Positions 56,150 to 64,000 of a stretch of DNA of 64,000 nt are shown here, one piece after another. Numbering within the stretch: position 1 is the first letter of the stretch; each line of letters begins with the position of its first letter. Under the pieces are notes generated by a model that searched no databases, had not been told where the DNA came from, and saw only the letters and a program-made list of their open reading frames with translations. The translations under genes were made by a program, and so were the position numbers. The DNA is from the human T2T-CHM13v2.0 reference genome, Homo sapiens. The stretch lies in assembly GCF_009914755.1 (NCBI RefSeq), contig NC_060931.1; one strand, written 5' to 3'.

Positions 56150-56400
56150 CGTAGGTTAACATTAGTTGAGGGTCAACTCTTTGTCAGTCACTGAACCATT
56201 TACATATATTATTGCTGGTATTCTTCATAACAAAAATATAAATTATGCACTAGTATCATTTCCGTAATACAGAGAAGGAAAATGAGACAGGAGAGGTTAT
56301 TTAACTTGCTTAAATATATGCAATCAGTTAGTGGTACAGCCAGGTTTAAGAGAAACAAGAATTGGTCCTCCAGCGTCACATATGTCCTCGTTTAGTTACT
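56150..56400 (-). mobile_element. MIR SINE
   Basis: acagagaaggaaaatgagacaggagaggttatttaacttgc core. Confidence 0.65.
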
Positions 56401-57224
56401 GTGAGATTACTTTATAGATTGAGCTTTCAGTAAATAATCCTTATGGAAAAAGAATCATTAAATCAATGCGATAGTAAATTCTTTTCATGGAAAAAAGAAT
56501 CATGAAATCTACAATTCTAGAAAAATTGCTCTTCAGGTGCAGCTAAACGGCTATGTTTGTGTCATAGTATGTGACTATTGTAACCTTACTATAAACTTAT
56601 TTGTGGTTGTTAAAAACATAGTCTATAATATAGCATGTGTAATTGCTCATTAATAACGTGGCTAATGTATGAATTAAAAAATACCTTAAATAACTTTAAA
56701 ATTAGAGCAATATATTTTCATGACTTTAATTAACAAGGAACTATATTTAATTTTGCACTCTTTCTCTCTATAAACACACGCACATACACACAGAGAGAGA
56801 GAGTGAGTGATTTACTTCTAATTCTGATGTGCACAGACAGCATATGTTTTGTTTTTTACCAAATTGGTATGAGGAATTGATACTATCATCATTTTTAGAT
56901 GTGTCCACTTAAGTTTCCAAGATCAAAACATTAGAAACACACATAGAATATTCACCTAATGTACCCTGTCCATTTTATGCAATTCCTAAAATTAAAAAAA
57001 ACCTTAATACTTCCTTTAGCAACATTTCTTTTGAAAAAGAAGATAAAAGTAATAATTTGCTGTATAGTTACTCATATTCAAATAGAAATAGCAGTGTTTA
57101 ATAGCATTATGCATAAACTGATAAATAGAAGCACAAAGAAGACCCACTTCTAATTATGCTCAAAAGGTTATATAACTTTTCTTTAAAATAGCTCCGTGCA
57201 TGAGTGATTAAAAAAGCAGTGTCC

Positions 57225-57530
57225 GGCCAGGCATGCTGGCTCACACCTGTAATCCCAGAACTATGGGAGGTAGAGGTGGGCGAATCACCAGACTTCAGGA
57301 GTTTAAGAGCAGTCTGGCCATCATGGTGAAACCCCGTCTCTACTAAAAATACAAAACTTAGCTGAACATGGTGGCATGACCCTGTAATCCCAGTTACTTG
57401 GGAGGCTGAGGCAAGAGAATCTCTTGAACCTGGGAGGTGGAGGTTGCAGCGGGCCGAGATCACGCCATTGGACTCCAGCCTGGGCGACACAGTGAGACTC
57501 TGTCTCAAAAAAAAAAGAAAAAAAAAAAAA
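57225..57530 (+). mobile_element. AluS-type SINE
   Basis: Alu dimer; TSD aaaaagcagtgtcc on both sides. Confidence 0.95.
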
Positions 57531-58000
57531 GCAGTGTCCTTAAATAGAATGACAAAGATTGGTGAGTGGCACCACTTTGTTGGGGGGGTGGGGAGGCTGA
57601 AATATGTTAAGCAAAAGGTGACACAATTTCAGATACTTGATTTTACCACGATCTTTATCCATGTGGCTACATGGCCGTCAAAAATACATACTTATTAGTA
57701 AAACTGGACCATTTCCTTCTGGAAGCTGATGTCTATTGGAGAATGCATCTATTATACTTATGTATTCAGAAACACTGCAGACTCTTTTCCAAGCAGATTT
57801 ACATTGATCTGCCTTAATATTCTATACATTACTTTTTAGTCAAAACTATATTTCAACTGGCTTCTATCACTTCTCAACTAAGTGAAATTAGTTTTTTGGT
57901 CTTTTTTTTCCACCTGTATACCATTATCAACTAGCATAGTGTTCAATATAATAACGACTCAGTAAGAATTTATAGGATTAACTCACTAATTAAACTGACC

Positions 58001-58300
<300 letters not shown>

Positions 58301-58534
58301 AAACTGAGCATTCATTATAGAATTCCAACTATAAAGTAGGCTCTTGATGGATAGTTGAAAATTAACTTATTAAGATGTTTACTTTTATGTGAGTGAATAT
58401 TTGCATAGTATGTAGAACAGTTTAACTTTTATGTTACCTTTACTGTTATACAGATCACATCCTTTTGCATGCTATGGTCTAAAGAGAACTCTAATGTAAA
58501 ATTATGTAAAACTCCATTGATGTTTTTATGTTTT

Positions 58535-58850
58535 TTTCATTTTGTTTTGTTTTTATTTTTTCAAGACAGGGTCTCACTCTGTTGCCTAGGCTAGATTGCA
58601 GGGGTGCGATCATAGCTCAACGCAGCCTCGATCTCCCCAGACTCAAGCAATCCTCCCACCTCAGTCTCCCAAGTAGCTAGGACCACAGGCGCATGCCACC
58701 ACGCCTGGGTATTTTTTGTATTTTTTGTAGAGAGGGGGTTTTGCCATGGTGCCTAGCCTGGTCTTGAACTGAAGACTTGGTCTCAAGCTATCTTCCTGCC
58801 TTAGCCTCTCAAAGTGCTGGTCTTACAGCCATGAGCCACCACACCTGGCC
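58535..58850 (-). mobile_element. AluJ-like SINE
   Basis: gatcatagctca.cgcagcctcg, ctcaagcaatcctcccacc are J-type features. Confidence 0.9.
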
Positions 58851-59157
58851 TAATGTATGGTTTTTACAGAATTAGCTGGACATATTACTGTCTTATGTAC
58901 CTTGAAACATGCTCTCTCTATGGTAAAACAATTGAGTTTGGAGATGACTTCCAGATATTCTTGACTTTTTTAATGCTCTTCTGCCCTGTTGAACTATCTT
59001 ACTTTTTCATAAACTGTTCATTTATACAACAGGTGAAGTAACAGCTAGTAGAATTCTGCAGTAGAATATTTTTGTCCTACATATTTACAGATAGTGCCCA
59101 GATGGCAGATGAGTTACCATAGGCTAGAAACAAAGAAAGCAAAATAAAACAATGGTA

Positions 59158-59296
59158 GGCGAGGGGGAGAGACAAAAAAAGGAGAGTGAGAAAGAGGAGA
59201 AAGAGCAAAAGAGAGGAGGGAAGAGGAAGAAACAGAAAAGGAGGGGAGGAAAAGGGAGGAGAGGAGAGAGAGAGAGAAGAAAGAAAAAAAAGAGGA
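59158..59296. repeat. Polypurine (GA-rich) low-complexity tract
   Basis: Almost exclusively A/G over ~135 bp. Confidence 0.9.
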
Positions 59297-59298
59297 CT

Positions 59299-59614
<316 letters not shown>

Positions 59615-59721
59615 GACTGTAAAGTATTTTCAGTTGAACTAGAGACAGTGTCTCCACTACAAACAAAGAAGGGCCGATCCAGTCCAACAGAATATAGGTT
59701 TCTTTTCTCCATCTCTTTTAA

Positions 59722-60165
<444 letters not shown>

Positions 60166-60589
60166 GACATTCTTAAAAAAATGTGGAGATAACAACGTTC
60201 AGTAAGGGTATATGTTGAAAGTGAAGAAGTATTACTCTTGTTAGAATAAAATTGGTACGTGATTTAAGACGGGTGAATGTTCTCATGCACTCCAAGTTTC
60301 ATACTACTGTATCAGAGGTATATGAAATTGATGACAGAGACCTGAAATATATGTACTTTTTAATGCTTTCATTTGTTAAATATCCTCTTGTTTTAGTTTC
60401 TTCTAAGAAATTTGTTGGGAAATAGGGATACAAATGTGAATAAGACAGTGTTTTGCCTTCCAAAGCTGTGGTTGAGTGGGGGAAATGCAGACTGCCAAAC
60501 ACACCAAGATTCATCTCGTATTAAATGGTATAGAAAGAGAAACAGGATGATATGAAAACACGTAGAACTGACATTTGTCATTCAGGATA

Positions 60590-61950
60590 TCTGATTGACA
60601 TTAATCACTTGAAAGGCTTTTGGAGGAAGAGCCACCTGAAATGCGTCCTAGGGACTAAGGAGGAATTAGCCAGGGAGGAGGAAGAGCTTTTAGGCTGAGA
60701 TAAAATATGTGTAATAGGATCAAAAAGTGGAGATATTTCATCATGGCTGAGAATTAATGGTGACACGATTGGTATGTTATGTTAAAGAACATTTACTTAA
60801 TGTTTTATAATGTGAATACTATTTAGTGCTGTAGTATATTTATATATGCATTTTAAAGCAATCAGTATTTCATAAGAGTAGATGTTTTCTGAAAGAGATT
60901 AAGAGCAGACATAGCAATATGAATTTGTTATTTGTGGTGATTAAGGTTACAAAAGGTTAGTGGCCTGAATGAGATAGCTTCTTATCAAATGGAAGAAGTG
61001 AAAATGGGGAAGGCAGTGAGAAAGAGAAATAAAGTATAACTCCAGATAAAGACTATCAAGAAGATAGATGGTAGCACCAGGACTGTCCAAAGTAGACGTG
61101 AAAACCCAGATGATGGTTTCTTTTTTAGGCATATTCAGCTTGATTGGTAAAAATATTTAATGTGTAATTGAATTAATATCTGTGGCACTTAGGAATGAGA
61201 ATGAGGCTCATATTAATTTGAGTCACCAAAATACATGAGACAGTTTAAGCAATGGAAATGGATGGAGTCACGCAGTTAGAGATGCTGGAGTATTGAAATT
61301 ATAAGGGGTGGCTCAAGAAGAGGAACTACTAACAGAGAACAAAATGGAGTGGCTGGAGAGATAAGAAGAAACCAGAAATAAGATATTATGAAGTGCAAAA
61401 ACAGCATGTTCAAGGATAAGTAAAACAAGACTGCAGAGGATCTTTATTTAGGAATAAATCTGTTATTAGAAATATTGGCAAAAACATTTTCAGAGCAATG
61501 CTAGAAAAAATGGTGTAAAAACGAGTCTGGACTAATATTATTAATTGTAAAGAGAAATAAGGAAATAGCTGAGAATATATTGAGTTGAGGAGTGTTGTTT
61601 CATTTTCTTGTGTACTTTGCATAATATTTTTATGGTAAAAGTTACTTGTATATGTTTAAAAGCTATTGTAAAGGAGCCAGTAGAAAAGGATAGGATGAAG
61701 ATACAGGAGAGAGAAGATCAACAGTAAGATCTAGGAGGTGAAGGCAGATACTAACGTATCCAGGGGACAAGATGCAGGATTTGTATCTCATTATCATGAG
61801 AGAGAAACAACAAAAGAAGAGTAAAACCTCAGATTCTCTGAGAGGTGGATTCATAAGGCTGTTTCTATACATCTTCTTAGTGTTGCTGTGCCTTGCTCCA
61901 ATATGACTGTATAGAGAAAGCATAATGTTTTTGTTATGTTTTTTAACTAC
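60590..61950 (-). mobile_element. Degenerate L2
   Basis: ggcttttggaggaag, ggaatggat-like and gaagaggaactac purine-rich motifs. Confidence 0.55.
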
Positions 61951-62964
61951 CATTATACTGATCTGCCTCCAGAGTCTATACACAGCTGTTATCTGAAAAA
62001 TAAACTCAGTACCTAATCCTGTGAAAGCTTAGCCAGAATCACACAATTCCAACAATCCCTCCAGTTTTTCTTGTATAAAATTACTCAGGCCTCGTCATTG
62101 CTGACATGCTTCTGATTATAGATATCTAAATGAATTCCTGAAGGAGTATAAGGACTTTCTCTCCTGTGGCTGTCTCCCGCTGATCCTTTAGTCTAAGAAG
62201 TTTGTTCTTCGTCGGTCCATTCCTGCAATCAGTGTTGGCCTCTGATGCACAAGTCTGTGGTGAATGAATTCATAGAGTATTCTTTTTGTGCAAGCAATCT
62301 AGGAAGTACTCGGCATTTCTCTTTTGCTGATGGGGTTTCTTCTTAGTTCTTGCTGGCTGCCCATCTCCACCCTCTGCTGTGAGACCTTCCCTTAGAAGCC
62401 ATAAAGCAGTTCTTTAGTCTCAAATCAGAGTCCACATCTCCTAACAACAGTGAGCAGCTTAGGTAAAGCTACATGACTTACATCCTGTTTATTTATTTAT
62501 TTATTCATTATTCTTTCATCTATTTATTTTTTTCTTGGTCCGACCAAGTTTGCCAAATTGTTATGTGCCAGGTTAGTAAAGAAGTTTTTTTTTTTTTTTT
62601 CTTTCAGAACCCAGCAATAGATTGAAGTCCTTTTGCTTTGCAATAAATGTTATCCTCACTTGTTTAACACATCTTCCCACTAAGGAGCTTCAAAGACCCA
62701 AAGAAAGTGAGCAGATTTATTTTCCCCTCATTCTCTCTGTTCCCTATTGTAACTATCCTCCAGGGCTAGAAAAGGAGCAAGACTAGGTTTACTAAATCCT
62801 CCCCTCTAATTCTATCTAAGCCTTAATTAAGTGAGCTGAGATATCCTTTTCATCCTGTGAATAAACTCTAGGAAATGGCTCCTCTGGCCTTGAGCTGGAT
62901 ATGAGAAACAAGAAAAGCAAAAGGAATTAGCTAATCTTTTCTACTGCCTTGCCAAGAGATCTAG

Positions 62965-63088
62965 TACCAGCCTTCTCCCTGACTGGATAGATGTTGGAAT
63001 GACATACAGTTTAATAAAGAAATTAATACCAGCCTTCTCCCTGACTGGATAGATGTTGCAATGACATACAGTTTAATAAAGAAATTAA
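62965..63088. repeat. 62-bp tandem duplication (1 mismatch)
   Basis: Units 62965-63026 and 63027-63088, followed by tac microhomology. Confidence 0.97.
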
Positions 63089-63467
63089 TACACGACAGGT
63101 TTTGAAGGAGACATTCCAAGAAAGAAGAACGTATTACCCTATTGATTGAGGTGAATATTCAAAGCCAGCAATAACCAGGAGCATGGGTGAAGTATAAGCC
63201 GCAACAGGCATCCCATCAGCCTGTCAACAGAAAGTTCAGGGCACAGCAACACTGAAGACACAAGGACCAACAATGGCATAAGCCATATCTTCAACAGAAA
63301 ATCAGGTGCAACAGACTGATAACAGAGTGTCATGGCCTTGAGAATAAACCCTATCTAGTTCGTTTCCTGAAGAGAAAGGAGAGTGAGGCAACCAACTGGA
63401 AGAGGTGGTAGGATCAGCAGCCCAGCATGATGAGTAAGCATGTCTTGAGAATTTTCAAAACATTTAC

Positions 63468-63632
63468 AAAATGGTTCTTAGCCTTGACTACACCTTAGTG
63501 CCACCTTGGAGCACTTTCAATGATCCAGGTGCCCAGGCAGTGCCCTATGACATCAGAATCTCTGGTTATAAGACTCATAGTTTTAAAACTCCCTAGGTGA
63601 TTCCAATGTACAGCCAAGTTTGAGAACCACTG
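63468..63632. mobile_element. MER5A1-like hAT MITE
   Basis: ggtgattccaatgtacagccaagtttgagaaccactg terminus. Confidence 0.8.
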
Positions 63633-64000
63633 CACCAGAGGAAGAAAGCTAAACAGAGACTGGAAATTCTGCTTTTATGAAATTGAGGGCTATTATACTA
63701 TCATAATCTCTTTTTAACGTGGACACAATTTTTTTACAAACTATAAGATATTATACTATGGTTATTATTTCTCTAAAGTTTATGTGTAAGAGGTATAAGG
63801 GGCTTTTGCTTAGGTTGTCCAGTATTTCTCCAGACCTGTGGATCTCTTTCATATTATTTTCCAGACTACTCCAGTGAGGATAGAGAAATGAGAAAATTTT
63901 GGCTAAAAAATAACAAAAATGGATCTGAAAAATTAAATTACAAGCTAGAGGCTACATGGATCTTAAAAGAGTTGTTGGTGTTTTGTTTTGTTTTTGTAGA

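Noticed and set aside
62585-62650. Plus-strand acceptor followed by AATAAA
   Set aside because: The pyrimidine tract is a simple poly(T) run, and no supporting upstream exon structure was found.
63139-63333. Hydrophobic 64-aa minus-strand ORF
   Set aside because: No recognisable homology; kept only as part of a candidate non-coding exon.

Overview
AT-rich, repeat-dense primate genomic DNA, most likely human or great ape given the AluY/AluS, L1PA and HERV-W LTR17 content. I see no intact protein-coding gene, no CpG island and no tRNA or rRNA gene. Nearly all long ORFs in the track come from L1, Alu or ERV sequence. Recognisable non-TE items are an old, 5'-truncated processed VDAC3 pseudogene (about 45493-46596) joined directly to the broken end of an ERVL pol gene, and a 36-nt 3'-truncated U2 snRNA retrocopy with a target-site duplication (TSD). 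The more unusual structures come from retrotransposition. (1) A composite L1 insertion at 318-2094 has one TSD enclosing a twin-priming inversion, several A-tails, a nested young L1 and a 3'-transduced flank. (2) A roughly 1.3-kb, mostly non-L1 segment at 26111-27458 appears to have been retroposed as a unit, ending in only about 80 nt of L1 3' end. There is also a complete MSTA provirus, several solo LTRs with TSDs, two near-perfect 62-bp tandem duplications, close inverted Alu pairs, and candidate minus-strand exons that might belong to a spliced lncRNA. Subfamily names come from recalled consensus features, not a database search, and boundaries of old repeats are approximate.
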